Below are positions 1-13,107 of a DNA stretch of 64,000 nt, piece by piece; position 1 is the first letter of the stretch; the number at the start of each line of letters is the position of its first letter. The notes under the pieces were generated by a model. The model searched no databases, was not told the origin of the DNA, and saw only the letters and a list, made by a program, of their open reading frames with translations. The stretch comes from Setoptus koraiensis (Eukaryota > Animalia > Arthropoda): contig CM106586.1 in the NCBI GenBank assembly GCA_048013815.1, forward strand, positions 9,982,001-10,046,000, given 5' to 3'. The position numbers and the translations under genes were made by a program.

Positions 1-3000
1 CAAGGAGAGAGCTATCGCAAACGGGGGACGCTATCAATGATGATCTAAATTGCAACGGTTCCCCCTATCCCCTATTTCTTATGCCTTGTATTTTGCTACC
101 CTCGTATTTCTCTACGCCACTGAGGACCATTGGCGGCTGCCGTTGCAGTAGCAGCAGAGGCAGCAGTTTGTGCTCGCATGGCAATAAATCTTGTAGTGCC
201 GCCGATGGTCACAGATGCTATGAAACAACAGCTACAACTTAATAATCGATGTTCTCTTGCCGGCCAGTCGTCCAAGTCACAAGTTAGCAACGGCAGCAAT
301 ATATAACAAGAGAGTACTGCCGCCGATATTGTCGATAATTTGCTGCTTCAATGCGATTGATGCCAGCAGCGTCTATGCGTACAACTTCCGGCATGGCGCA
401 CGGCCACCGTCTGGGGCCCCCGAACGAGAGTTGCCGACCAGCCGGCCGGCCAGCTAGCGTCAACTGCGTGCGATGATAATGCAGACAGAATACATGGGTT
501 CACTAATCTAAGCCCAGTCAATGACCCAATGTGGCCCGACATGGAATTGTCAACTGTGCCATTTAGAAAACTAAAGGCTTGCATGCACAGTTGTAGACAT
601 GCAGTTGTAGACGGACTTTGGAAGGGGCCAAAAATGGCTCAATTGCACTGGCGTGGACTTGCGATCCGTCGGACATTCGATTAATGTCATTTGGAACGAT
701 TTGCGCTCCAAGCGGCTGCACCGTAATCAGGCCTGGCATTCCAAGAGCAAACACTCGACATATAGCCCGTCGCGATGGATCATGATGGGCGCTGATGGCG
801 GCGTCGGCCGTTGACGGCAGCGTCGACGTGGGTTGCGCCGGGCAAATGTCCATTTTCATTAGGGGAGCCAGCATAAATGGAAATTAATTCATTTCGCTGG
901 TTGTTGATCACTTGAGTAGTGTGCGGAAATCACTCAAAAGTCAGACACTTGGCGGCAAGCGGCGCTGGCGCTACTGGGCTGAAAAATGGTAGCCAGTTCA
1001 GTTTTATGCTGGCAGTATAAGTATAAGAACATTAATGGCGGCACCAGCGAACGCGCTTGATGCGGACGGACAGTCAGCGGGACTGACCGGCCGACCGGAG
1101 CGCTGGCCGACCGACCGACTGACTGACGGGCGCACGGCTGACAAACCATTCAAACTGTTCGGAGGGACAGCGGCCAACACGAGACCGTTTCGTGCTGGCC
1201 CGTTCCGTGCTGTCGGCCGGCGGGGCCTCTTGTTGTCACGTGCCAGCGTGTCCGCGACATGGCCGGCTGTCCAATTGCTGGCCATCATCTCATCGGTGGC
1301 GGTGGTGAGTGCAAAGTCAAGTTTACCACACCGCATTCATGTTGCGTAACTCGTGACGACTTGCGACTGGCGACATAACTACCATTGGCGGTGTCAGCAT
1401 AAACACAAGAATTCTCTCTCGCTCTTTTATTCTGGGCCCCACACACATTGGCCGTTGGCGCACACTATGAGACACACACAAGCCTGGGCCTGGGCTGCCT
1501 TTGTCGGACAGCCTCAATTCGGACATGCCAGACAATTATTGCACGGAGCTCTATTGTTGTCACTGGCGCTGCGCTCGGTTATCATCATCATGGTTGGCAG
1601 TCGCGCCAGCCAGAGGAATCGCCGCCCAGAATGAACACCCGCGGGCGACAATTGTCAGCGCCCGAATGATGAACAGGCAAAAGTTTGAAAAGGGCCGATG
1701 CAAATGATTGAGTTGTACATCGAGGAACAAGCAATAGAGATAAAACACGATAACACGACAACAACAATATTAACCGCACACCAGCGCACCTAACATGACT
1801 TTACCAGAGACAGACAGAGGGAGAGAGAGTTGGTTTAGCTAACGCACCAGACCACTATTGGGGTGTCGAGTAAAAAGTTCAACGTTGATCGGCCCGCGAA
1901 TGAATCAAAATATACGCGCTGGTGATGAATAGTTTTAGGTGGGACGTGCACCAGTTTACACTTTTTATTCCCGTTATCATACCGTTAACTGTTTCGAATC
2001 AGCGCCAACTGGCATGTGAGTGATGTCAGCTGACTCTCGCCAAAGTATTAAGTGGCAAATATAAAAACGCCAATCTACTCTCCGACAGCGAACATGCAAA
2101 CAACTAATGTAACTTATGTTAAGTCTGTCGATGCATGAACACACCGACGTACACAGGAAGCATTTGGAAGCCACAAGAAAAGCTGCTGATATTGGCTGAA
2201 AAGCAGATGCAACCAGAACGGCAGCAGCAACAACGAGCGGGCCCCACTTCGGGCCACTTGACTTTCGGGGGATAAAGAAAATATTATGGCACGATGCCCA
2301 AGCACTTGATTATGTCACAAACAACTGCACACAATGAGCTCGGGCCATTAGTTGTTGCCGGCGCCCATTGTTGTTGTTCGTAATGAATGACGCTCGATCG
2401 TAAGTGTGTGTAAAGTGGCAATTGTAGCACAGTCATGAATAGCGGAGGGGACCTAATGGTTTCAAGTAATGTTGGCACGGCCAAAGCACCAATCATCCAT
2501 AGATGAATGATAGATCAGTTGGTCGGTGGGGCCGTGATGGCGATTTAAATTTCCATCTAACCATGCTGGCACCAGAAGAAGCTACGCTGGCACCATAACA
2601 ACCGCTTCGCTGGCGCACCACTCATGTTCGCCATCATCAACATATGATGGACAAGATTCGAGGCCTAATCACACCAGCCCCAAAGGCGACGACTGGCCGC
2701 GAAACACGAGCCGAGGCTCTCGAAGTGAAATGACAACGCCAAATGGATTCGCGCGCGCCAAGTGAAGATTCCTTGCTGAGTCTCAGCAGCTGAGAGCTTA
2801 CGGCCGCTCGGCACTTTATGACGCGCAATGTTGCTCTCAGGATTGCTGGCAAAAGTAACCACCAACAATTCAGATCGAGACACCAGCAATCACGGATCGC
2901 TGGTGTTTTCGCGCAACGTGCCGCTAACTGTAAGGGCCTAACATCACGGCTGAATGCAGTGCGTCATATGCCGATATCCGAAACTTTCAGCCAACCAGAG

Positions 3001-4541
3001 CGGTTGGTCACCGGTTCTGCGGCCCGAACCGTGCTCCCGCAATCGCTGGCTAGAGCGAGAGCGGGTCAGACGCGACCAAAGTGTCCATTTGCACTGGCAA
3101 TCTCGTGCCTCTGAAGCTCGTGCTGCAAAGAGCAACTCAAAGATTGAATTCAAGACTGCAATCTTGCACGAATCGTCGGCGGTTCCACTAATGACCAGAA
3201 AAACACCCACAGATCGAATGTGTCCGGAGTGCGCGAGGCCGGATACTCGGTGGTGTCTGGTTGCAATTAGCCCGCGCAAATAACCCTATCAGAGCCAATT
3301 TAAAGTGGGCCCAATTTGTATTGTGGCGAAGCGCACTGTGGATGGCCAAGGGCCACGAAGTTGGGCCCCATAGATATGTATCATTATCAGCTGCGGCGTG
3401 GCACATGATTACGCCGACCAAGAACGGTTACGAAGACGGGAGAGAGGGGCTACAGCTCAGTTAACAAGCGCCCATCTCGCCCACAACCAAGTTCGGTTGT
3501 ACACATGACTAGCAGTGGCCAGAGGTGAATTCCAGTTGAGTTGGCTAGCTAGCCACCTGTGCACGTTGACCTGGTTGGGGTGAGCGTCACGTGTTTGGAA
3601 TAACCGCGGGGTTCGCCGAGGCCAGACGGGAGCCAGCCGGCCAGTCAGCCAGCCAGCCGAGCTAACTGATGGCGTGTTTGCGTGAATTAGTCAGTCAGGT
3701 TTAACAGCATGTAATCTATCTAATACAGCTATATGAATGGCAATGTTGGCCGTGTTGTTGTTGTTGTTGTTACATATTGCGCGTGCATTGAATGATGAGA
3801 TGGGGCGCCGAAAGGTGGGGGCCCTCCGTTGTATCATGCCGGCAAAACGTGCCCATTTCATCACCATGCTCCATCCAATAACGATACGATCTGGCCAGCG
3901 AGGAATGATGCGGCCAAGGCTTATTTATAAGCCCCGTTCGTCTGGCGATGAACAACAGCAACTCTTCAGGAGGTCTAACCGTGTGTCGTCCGACTGACCG
4001 GCCGACCGACCGACCGACACAGGCGACATGCTGAATGGTTATGAGAGCAACGAGTGAAATTGTTGCTCTCGCCGGCCATAATTAATGTATTTTCCCCATC
4101 ACTTCTGGTTGCCACCACTGCTGCCGATAGCACACTGCCATTTTCGAGCCGCCCGACTCAAGTGATCAAGTCCGCCAACAATTGTGCTCCGGCGTGAGTC
4201 TTCACATTTAGATTGCTGATTATGCAATCCAAGACACGCCAACTGGAGGGCAGTAAAGGCGATCCAACGAACAAACAATTATCATTAGCGTTCACAGTGA
4301 CTCCATAAGGAGAAGGAGGAGGAGGAGGCAACATATTGGATATCTGGCCAATATCATGTCGTTGCGCTCATTGATATTCTCGGCCTAGCGCATGCATCGG
4401 CATTGGCAGTATCGCCAGCCAAGTTGATGTACTTATTGAAACTCGGCCAATGGCCACAACCGTTGTGGCACAACGACAGCACAATTGCTGATATTTCGAT
4501 TCGACCAACGAACACGTTCCTATTTGAAATTTCTTTTTAGC

Positions 4542-4544
<3 letters not shown>

Positions 4545-4596
<52 letters not shown>
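4545..4596. repeat. (AG)26 microsatellite
   Basis: Uninterrupted AG dinucleotide run read directly. Confidence 0.95.
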
Positions 4597-4597
<1 letters not shown>

Positions 4598-6664
4598 CAT
4601 CAGCAATAAGATCGGCCAGCGATAAGCGATTTAGCTTTTTTTAGGCCCATTGTTTTAATCTATTTCTAATCTAGAAAACATGCTGTTTCTCTCATCGTTT
4701 GTTGTGTCTACTCGTTAGTCATAGCCAGTTTGTTTGTTAGTTGTTGTTGTTCTTCTAGCCAATTGAATCCAGCATGACAGCCAGGAAGTAGGTTTAATTT
4801 GGCAGTCTCTTTCTCTCTCGCTTGTTCTTTGCTCGCTCTAATTCTATGCCTAGTCTAGTTGCAGTGTAACTAGAGACTCTAGTCACTAGACACACTGAGA
4901 TAGTTTATCTGCCGTTGGAAACTAAACTCGAAAATCAAGATAGCATGAACTCTTCTGGCCTCGGTGTGCGTGTGCGTCGGGATTAATCAGCGACTATGTA
5001 CGCCGAGAAACTGTACACCGCTGTCGCTGGGGCCGAGCACGTGCTCGTGGCTCGTCGTTGCTGCCGCCGTTGCTGGTGATGTTGTTGTTCCGTTGATTTG
5101 GTTTGCAGGCCAACGCTGGGCCCACTGGCGTCCAAAATAACGCAACCAGCATTGCGTAACACACCAAGAGAGGGGCCAAAGGCGAAAGACAAATAACTTG
5201 ATGCTGGCCGCAACTAACAGCGTACGCAAACAAGCTGGCCGCCGACCGCTTGCGCTTGTTCAATCCCGGCGCCAGCGCCAAATATTTTGGCCCCAAGCCA
5301 AACTTGATGTTGCGACGGAGCGTTCTCCTGTGCGCTCCAATTTGAATCTAACAAATGTCCTAATCAGTCCTCGCTGGCTCGGGCCGCGCCGCCCAACGGG
5401 GCAGACTCTGGTGGGCGCCCAACGGAGCGGGCCCATCAGACTGGAGTTGGATCTTTTTAGCGCCACCAGCGCCTTCTTAGCAGTCCCCTCTTGCCAACTG
5501 CGACTTTGTGAGTGTATGTGTGTGTGTGTTCGAATGAAATATTGCTTCTAGCTTTCTGTTGGGCGCCCGCGCAAGCAATAGATCCATATCAAATAATCAA
5601 TGGCAACCAATCTAATCATTTCCTATTTCTTACATCATCGGGGCCGCAACGCACAACAACATTGTGCACACTTAGAGGGGGCTGATTCATATCGAACCAA
5701 ATCACAAGATGGTGGCGTAGCGTTCAATAGGGGCAGTTTTGTTGTTATGCCAGGCCACTCGACTAGTCTAATCCCCCCCCCTCCTAATCAAGGCGCCGTG
5801 GAGGCCTAAACGGCAAAAAATAGGGCCCACGAATGGCTTCTCATTGGCGGGGATTTCTTCGCTCGTTGCACACCCACGCTAACGCGGCATAAATATCAAC
5901 AAACATCATACACAACAAGAATAGCATGGCTTCCAGAATCAACCACAACACCGCTGGCAAACTTGTTCGGGCCAGCTCGCCCCAAAGAGTGTGGCAGCCC
6001 CAGCTAACTCTAACTCGAACTCAACTGACTGGTCGAGTCGGCCGCAACTAATCTTAGCCAGCTCTCGTCAGCATTAGCAGCTAGAGTGCCTTCCAACTTA
6101 ACGGTATCAACGCCTATTTATCAGTGGTGAATTCTATTGAAAATTGTCTCTCAATGGCGGCCAGCTATTCCATTATTCTTTCCAAAATAGATGGATCGAG
6201 GGATTGCCTTTCGGAGCTGTTAATGCCGCCGCCACTTGCACATACTCGCTTTCTCTCCCGAAAATCATCATTATCGAGATTAACGAGACACAGCTCGCTT
6301 GTCTAGGTGATAGGTGAGACATAGTGGGGCGAGTTGACATGGGCCCTGAGAGAGAGAGAGAAATAACTTGCAGCGCAATTGTCACCTTTGCGATTCCGTG
6401 CTTCAGACAATGGCGCGTAGCCGTGGCGACAGTAATTTATTTTATTATTTCGAGGATAAATTGAAAAGATTTAAGCCGGATGAGCTTGGCTCCGTTGTTT
6501 GACTAGCGGGTCAGGTGACTCGATGAGATATTTCGAGCTGCACCATCGAGGCTAGCGGCAGTGAAGCCAACTTGAATGATCAATAAAGAGCAGCACTATT
6601 CAGATTGGGTTACAACAAGCAAACAAGGCGGTTCACGACGGATGTTGCCGTGAGGCCGTTAAAT

Positions 6665-6730
6665 TGTTTTTGTCTCCAGTCAACAATACATAGTACCTAC
6701 ACTATGTATTGTTGACTGGAGACACAAACA
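6665..6730. repeat. Inverted repeat: perfect 24-bp stem (6671-6694 / 6701-6724), 6-nt loop, extendable to 30 bp with one mismatch
   Basis: tgtctccagtcaacaatacatagt and actatgtattgttgactggagaca are exact reverse complements; the loop is acctac. Confidence 0.95.
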
Positions 6731-7072
6731 CTCTATGACGACGCACCAATATATAGATGGCGAGTTAGTGCACCAAGCGCTTCACATCATCATCGGGTTA
6801 CCTCAATTCCTTACCTTACGTAACCAGCTAACGGTCTTTGCGAGAACAGGCCGATTGAAATGTGCTGATTTTGCTTTATTCGCGCTTCAGAGGCACTGAG
6901 GTAGCACCGCCAGTGCCAGGGCTTTTGCTTTAAAGAAAACTTGCATCCATATGAACAAACTTGTGTTATTATGTAAGAGCGGACCGGGCACACAAACACA
7001 ATTTGGCCCCTTTACTAGCATGCAGCTGATGTTATTAATGATGAACATAAAAGTTAACGACCTACATTGTTG

Positions 7073-7094
7073 GTGTGTGTGTGTGTGTGTGTGT
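7073..7094. repeat. (GT)11 microsatellite
   Basis: Direct reading. Confidence 0.9.
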
Positions 7095-9472
7095 GGGAGG
7101 CCATCAGTTTAATTGCATTGGGGCTCACCATTGGCGCCCCATGCAATTGTATGTTTGTGTCTCCAATGGAACAAGTGCCGCCATGTCGCTGGCGATGATA
7201 TGGGATGATGTCGCTATTTAAATTTATAGCTTTGCATTGTTTTCAATTGGACAATGGTCAGTACCATTCGGCCACCACTAGATAGCGGGCCCACAAATCG
7301 TACATACAGACCCAATTTGGGGCCGCATATCTGCTGAGTGTTCCCTACAGAGCTAGCTGGTTGGGCCGGTCAATCAGTGTTGCAGCTTAGAATAGTGGGC
7401 TCGTATTAGTTATTAGTATGATGATGAGTCATACTGCGTGTGAGGTTTGTATTATCATCAGCAATAGCAAAGAGAGCCAGATACCATCAGACGTACACTG
7501 TTTACTGGATGTGCGTTAACGGGCCAAAGGAAACTGTACCCCAAATGATATCGCCGTCGTCTTCTCCTCTCTGTTGTGGGCCCCTAACCAATTTAATCGT
7601 GGCTCTACTGCCGCTGCTACCAGTAATGTGTAGATGGCGTCTGTGACTATGGGCGAGAAGAGGTCATTGCCACTGTTACTGGCACCATGAAATTGGTCAT
7701 TGTTGCAACGGAGGCTTGCACGCCGAATAACTAACAAATGGACAGTCGGACGGACGAAATGACACCATTCTCAGTTTGTGTGTCACACACTTACTACCAT
7801 TGGTAATCTAAGCAAGCCAATAGGACAATAAATTGAGTTAGTGCATTCTGTGAACACCGATAAGATGTCATATTGGATCACAATAGAATGACAACCACTG
7901 CTGTCAAGTTGGTCTAGAAGAGGCCGATATCTAGAGTTAGAGACTTATATTGCTTAGCCCCCTCATAAACTGAAAGTGAGTCATAAGAGTGCTGCCTTTT
8001 ACACTCTAATGAACTCCAGTGAGTAAGAACAAATACAAATATGAAGAAATCGCTCATCATGTAATCCCGGTCCTTGAGGAATTGCCACACAAAACTCAAT
8101 GACAAAAGCCATCCGAATTTCACTTGAGATAATGTGTTCCCAGTTGCTGGTGCCATGTTTGTTTGCACAATCATGCATTATATAATAGTATCATATTTGA
8201 TATTAACCTCATTCGAGCTAATAGGAATACTTTATGGAGCATTGACCATTGCAATCATCATTTTCGTTTATTGCTAAGTTGCGCTATCCAATTGTATCGA
8301 CAAACAGTAGAAGGTGTGGTGCTGTATGTTAATATGGCTATATCAGTTGATGGGTCACCATGGGCAGGTCTGATAGAGCAAGGATAGTCGAGTGAATGTG
8401 CAACTTCTGGCGCTTTGGTAACTATTGTACTTTTTTCATAACTGAAACATGTTTCGAACAGTAACTAACAGACAGCAGGCAACGAATTGGGCCGAGTGAG
8501 CTGAATAATAAACAATGGCTATCGAGATATTTTAGGTAGACATTTGACATCGATGGCGTTTTAATTGTTTGCATAATAGTAAAAACAATACTCATTAGAG
8601 AGAAAAGTTCGCTTTAAGCTACTGCTCAGTTTTTTACGGTTGTTCAGATTGCGCTGAGTACAGGGGAGTAACTTTAGTCGGCGACAAATCGAAAGGGTTG
8701 TATATCTGATTGACAAAGCTAAGTTGTTTCGAGCTCAATTTGTTCATAAACATGTCAGTTCTGATCTATTTCAAGATCTTCTTTAGGCTGTTGAGTCTCC
8801 GTTTACGCTGAGTTGAGTATTCTGGTACGTTGCTGCAATGAGAAGTGATTTTATTGTTGTGAGTCCGGGAATGGTATAAACTTTATTGGTAGCATGATTG
8901 CGAAAAATTTCAATTTGTGTCCTTAACAGATAATTCATGTTTCCCTAGTTACCACAATTTTACGTTATTATGTTAGTTAGTTGCTTTGAGAAGCCGTGTC
9001 CGGTCTTTTCAATTCATATAAATAATGATTTAGCAGGACCGGTCATCCCAATCACTTTGTTAATAAGTTACTTTGCCTTATAAAAACAGTGCTTATGCTT
9101 ACTTATGAGTCCGTTTAGGTGGTTAGCTCGAGTTCATACCGATTATATAATGTCCGATATAAATGTTTCTTTTTACTCTATACTATTGTGCAAAATGCTG
9201 TCATCCAAATCATTCAAACAGCAAGTATTCATCTTTAGTCAATGCGCTCCATAATAATTTGTTTTGTTGAGGCTATGATGATAGCCTCAAATTATATGAT
9301 AAACTAACTCAGCGATCAATAGTAACATCAATCTAATAGTAAGCTTACGCCTTATAATGCCCCTATACGTAATTTAGTTATAAGGCTGTCTCAGTGTAGT
9401 ATAATCCCTCAAAAAGAAGAGTGACATCATATAAATATGGGTCGATAAATATGTAATAAATATTTAAAGTAA

Positions 9473-11400
9473 TCATTGTGTTTTAGGTTGAATCTTGTTC
9501 AATAGACTTGATTGAGATGGTGGTGATTGTATTACTGGTTTGGCTTGTGATGCTGCTGGACTGGTAGGTGATGCAGCAGGAACAGAACTCGGATTTGGCG
9601 AGTTTGATGGCGCTGCTGGTGCGTTTGCCAGTGGAACGGCCGACGATGAGGCCGATTTTGGAGCCACAGGCGATTGTGGCGCCGCCTGTTGTTTCTGTTG
9701 GCTAGCTTGTGAGGATGTTTGTGAGGCTGCTAGAGGCAATTGAACCTTGTTCTCTACAGGCGATGGTGGAAACTTGCTAGAGGCGGAAGCCGACTTAATT
9801 AAGCCACCCACTGACGATGATGATGCCGGCGAAGGTGGGTCAAATAGAAGTGGAACAGCGCTAGACTTTTGTTGGGGTATAGAATCCTTGGAAGCGGAAT
9901 CAGTGGCCGAAGCACCTGAAGCATTAGGAGCACTTGCTGCCGCAACAGATGATTCAGGAGACAGGGCAGTGACTCCTTGAGCGGCTAAATCTTTGTCGCT
10001 TTCACGGCCCACAGTTGACGAGTTTGTTGGACAGGTGGCTCTATCGCTCATAGTTAAACCGCCACGGTTCACTTGAAGTCGGTCCAGTTTCTCGTAGATG
10101 TTTTGTCTGGTTGGATTGGAGATCTTTCCAGATCGGCTGAGAACCCAAATGTATTCTGTGTGTGCGTGTCAAATTGGAAAATTTTGTGGTATTCGTTGTT
10201 AGTATGGATCGGTAGGCAGAGCGTTTAGATAATTGAACGCAATCGGATTGTAATTAAAAAGAGGCAAAAGTTTCGCCCGTCTGGTGTACAATGAGACCTA
10301 CCTGAATGGAATACACCGCTTAGTAGACTGTTGGTACACGAGTAGACTACGGCATAGTCATCGTAATCTGTGTCGATGATTGTGGTCAGTGTGCCCTGGA
10401 ATGGAACTCCAAATCCGTACCTGCGTGGTTGTTGTGGTGCAATAATTGATGTACATAATTAATAAATTGGGTATGATTAATAATAGTGATTCGATATGCA
10501 CCAGTGGCGATACTCGATGATGCAAACGCGGATTCGGCCTGTCGGCGATTGTGGTCGATATTATAGAATATCGGTAAAAGCAGGCCGTTGCGCACAGAGC
10601 GCACGTTCGGCGCAACAACTTGGCCGGCAGGATTGTCGTGATCAAGACGCTCCATATAAAACGCTCAAATCTGTTGGCCAATCTGCAGAAAAGCTGCAGT
10701 GAGGCCGCGAAAACTGTGCCACTCAGGGGTGCACAGCAGCCATGCAAAACCGCGTGTCGATGCGCGCGCTTTTCACGTTACATAAATCCATTGTTCTCAA
10801 AAAGTTCGCTACTGATCCTTACCTAATGCTGTAAAAACCGGCACGATGAACGTCTTGCAAGAGACCGTCACCATTCACGGTTAGTGGAAGACCGGCGCTA
10901 AATTGAGGAGCGAAAAATCGTCGAGGGGATAAATTAATGAAAAGTCAGTAAATATACAACAAAACAATTGTCATCCATTGCTTACATAATAAAAGATACT
11001 CACAGTGAGACGCCTCTTACAACAACATTGACGGTGTTGTCTTGGTCATCGGAATAGTCAACCACCATACAACGCATCATGAGATCAAAAATAGACGGAG
11101 TCTTCTCTACCTCAATCCAATTACCGAAAAACTAAACACACGCGCGTATTCAATTTAGGGGTGCAGAGAAAATTAATAGTTCCATTAGCATCTTCATTCG
11201 GATAAAATCATCAACATCTCGCATAACGAACGCCGAAATAAGCAATTAACCAAACTTACCCTTGTCTTGTCAAAGTTTTCATGGGCTGTGACTGTTGGAC
11301 AGTATCCAGGGAAGAATCTTTGTGCATTGCTCACACCTACAATAGCTAATACAGGAAGTAAAGCTAGTACAATACTCAATACGCTCGATGGTTTTAACAT
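9473..11400 (-). CDS. Apolipoprotein D-like secreted lipocalin with Ser/Pro/Ala-rich C-terminal extension, ~381 aa. Exons 11400-11260, 11131-11004, 10897-10823, 10420-10302, 10155-9473
   Basis: Signal peptide MLKPSSVLSIVLALLPVLAIVGVSNA, then QRFFPGYCPTVTAHENFD. Lipocalin motifs FFGNWIEVEK (exon 2), IIDTDYDDYAVVYSC (exon 4) and YIWVLSR (exon 5). All four introns are GT-AG (donors GTAAGT, GTGAGT, GTAAGG, GTAGGT) and the exons join in frame (phases 0,2,2,1; total 1146 nt). Confidence 0.92.
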
Positions 11401-12259
11401 TGTTGAAGCTTTTGTGTTTGTTGAGAATCTTGTTGAATTTATGAATAGTAGTAACGATAATGTCAATTGACTCTTCCTGATGACAATATAATGCACTGAT
11501 TTCTAATTATATTAATATACGATATTATTTTGTTTGGCAAACAATTCTTATATACTCTTGAGATGTATAACTAAAGATGCCAATCGCTATAATGATAATA
11601 TTCTTTGAGGGAGATTATCACTTCTCATACACCGCATATCAATCAATATTATGATGATGCCTTACACACCAGCTCTACACTACACTAGAACAAGGTCTGG
11701 CTGCTGTTGTTATCATTACTAACACTGAAATCAAATTGAATTTCTCGCCAAATAGTTAGACCTTGATATATTGCAGATTTGTGTTGTAAAAGCAACTTAC
11801 TAGTGAATACTCACACCACTCTAAATATAAATCAGTAAGTCAGAGCGCTAAAAAATAAGTATTTGTGAGTGCCATTTGTTCTACAATGTAGAGGTAACCA
11901 CAACTTTACAATCTACTCTTATTATTATTGCATTTTGCCTTGAACCATTAATATAACGGACTTAAACGACGACCAAATTGATGTTAGCCGATATAACGGT
12001 GCTGTTGCATAACCGGATCAACAGTTAAGTTTAAGCACAATGATGAGGAGACTTTACGCAACTTAGTCTAGACTCACTCTGCATCAATAGTGAAGCCTGC
12101 CAAGGGGGAGGACACCATTCCAATTGCTATCTTGAAAAAAAGTAATTTATTCCGTGTCTATTATTATCACTAACTCTATTGTACATTCGAAGAGTCCAGG
12201 ATGTGGCTCTTTGAAGGTCTCGCTGTGTTTGTCTCTGTGGACTTCCATCAGATAGAGGC

Positions 12260-13107
12260 TCAGACAGTGCCAAGATCGCGGACATGGTAAGTTTCGTGGA
12301 CGCCCATAAGCCATTATCAGCCTTCTAACTCTGTTGCTACGATGAAGGATATAATTAAAATTATATCCAAAACTTATATAAGCTCGACTCAGAAATAGAT
12401 TTCATAGTCTCGCCGATGAAAAATAGGAGTGTCGCAACTCGAAACAATTGGGCAGGATTCAGTTGGCATCTAAAAACAGCCACTGATGCAGCTGAGTGAG
12501 CGATTGGACAAAAGAAGCTACATGCTGTGGACAAGACCAGCAAGCTTTGTTCGTCTTCACACTCGACTTGAGCTGCTCGATTCAAGAATTTAATCATTTG
12601 ATGATCATCTAGATTAATAATATGTATTCAAAGTCCAGTCGGTCTAGTTTTATTTACAACGCATAAGCCGAATTAACTGATCACCTGAATGGTAATTCCA
12701 CAAATTACTCATTACCAGAGTAAAGAAATAAATTTATCATGTACATGTGCTCAGGTATGAATCTTGCTACCTTGTTGAACTGCAACATCAATGGATGGAG
12801 TGAAAAAAAAAATGCTGACATTGAGACGAAAGCACTTCTTCTTAGCAAGAAAATACGAATGTAACTGGACTTGTCAGCATGGTAGAGTGCCACAGAAGTC
12901 ACAATCACATGTGACGAATCCTGCTCCTTCTTTAGAACTTAGAGTTTAGATTCTGCGAGTGACTTTTCTGATCAATGCAATGCACAACTTGAGAAATGGG
13001 ATAGTCACAGCTATCCACGACTCTCCCAAAGGTGACTCGAGGTGTTTTCTTTGATTTTATCCAGCTACACAATCGTCACCCCAGAGAAAACTTGCCATCT
13101 CACATAA
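12260..13107 (+). mobile_element. Heavily decayed hAT-superfamily transposase fragment (C-terminal half)
   Basis: One frame (12361-13107, multiple stops) gives, in the expected order, KLI*ARLRNRFHS (cf. KLIQDVxTRWNS), DW..EAT..G, LATLLN (cf. LATxLDPR) and LEKW...SYPRLS...V.S...SS...E (cf. hAT dimerisation WW..YPxLS..A..L.IPASS...ER). No TIRs identified; alignment by eye only. Confidence 0.5.

Noticed and set aside
2640-3290. Coding-like stretch with short ORFs containing CxxC pairs
   Set aside because: Interrupted by stops in every frame, with no recognisable domain or splice chain.
8130-8400. Hydrophobic broken frame (VAGAMFVCTIMHYIIVSYLILTSFELIGILYGALTIAIIIFVYC*) as a chemoreceptor pseudogene
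   Set aside because: No diagnostic motif, and AT-rich DNA readily gives Ile/Phe/Leu-rich translations; an HMM search would be needed.
9267-9290. 10-bp stem hairpin downstream of the lipocalin stop (a similar one lies at 55597-55622 after the NRF-6-like stop)
   Set aside because: Short stems of this size are expected occasionally by chance, and neither matches the histone stem-loop or SECIS consensus.
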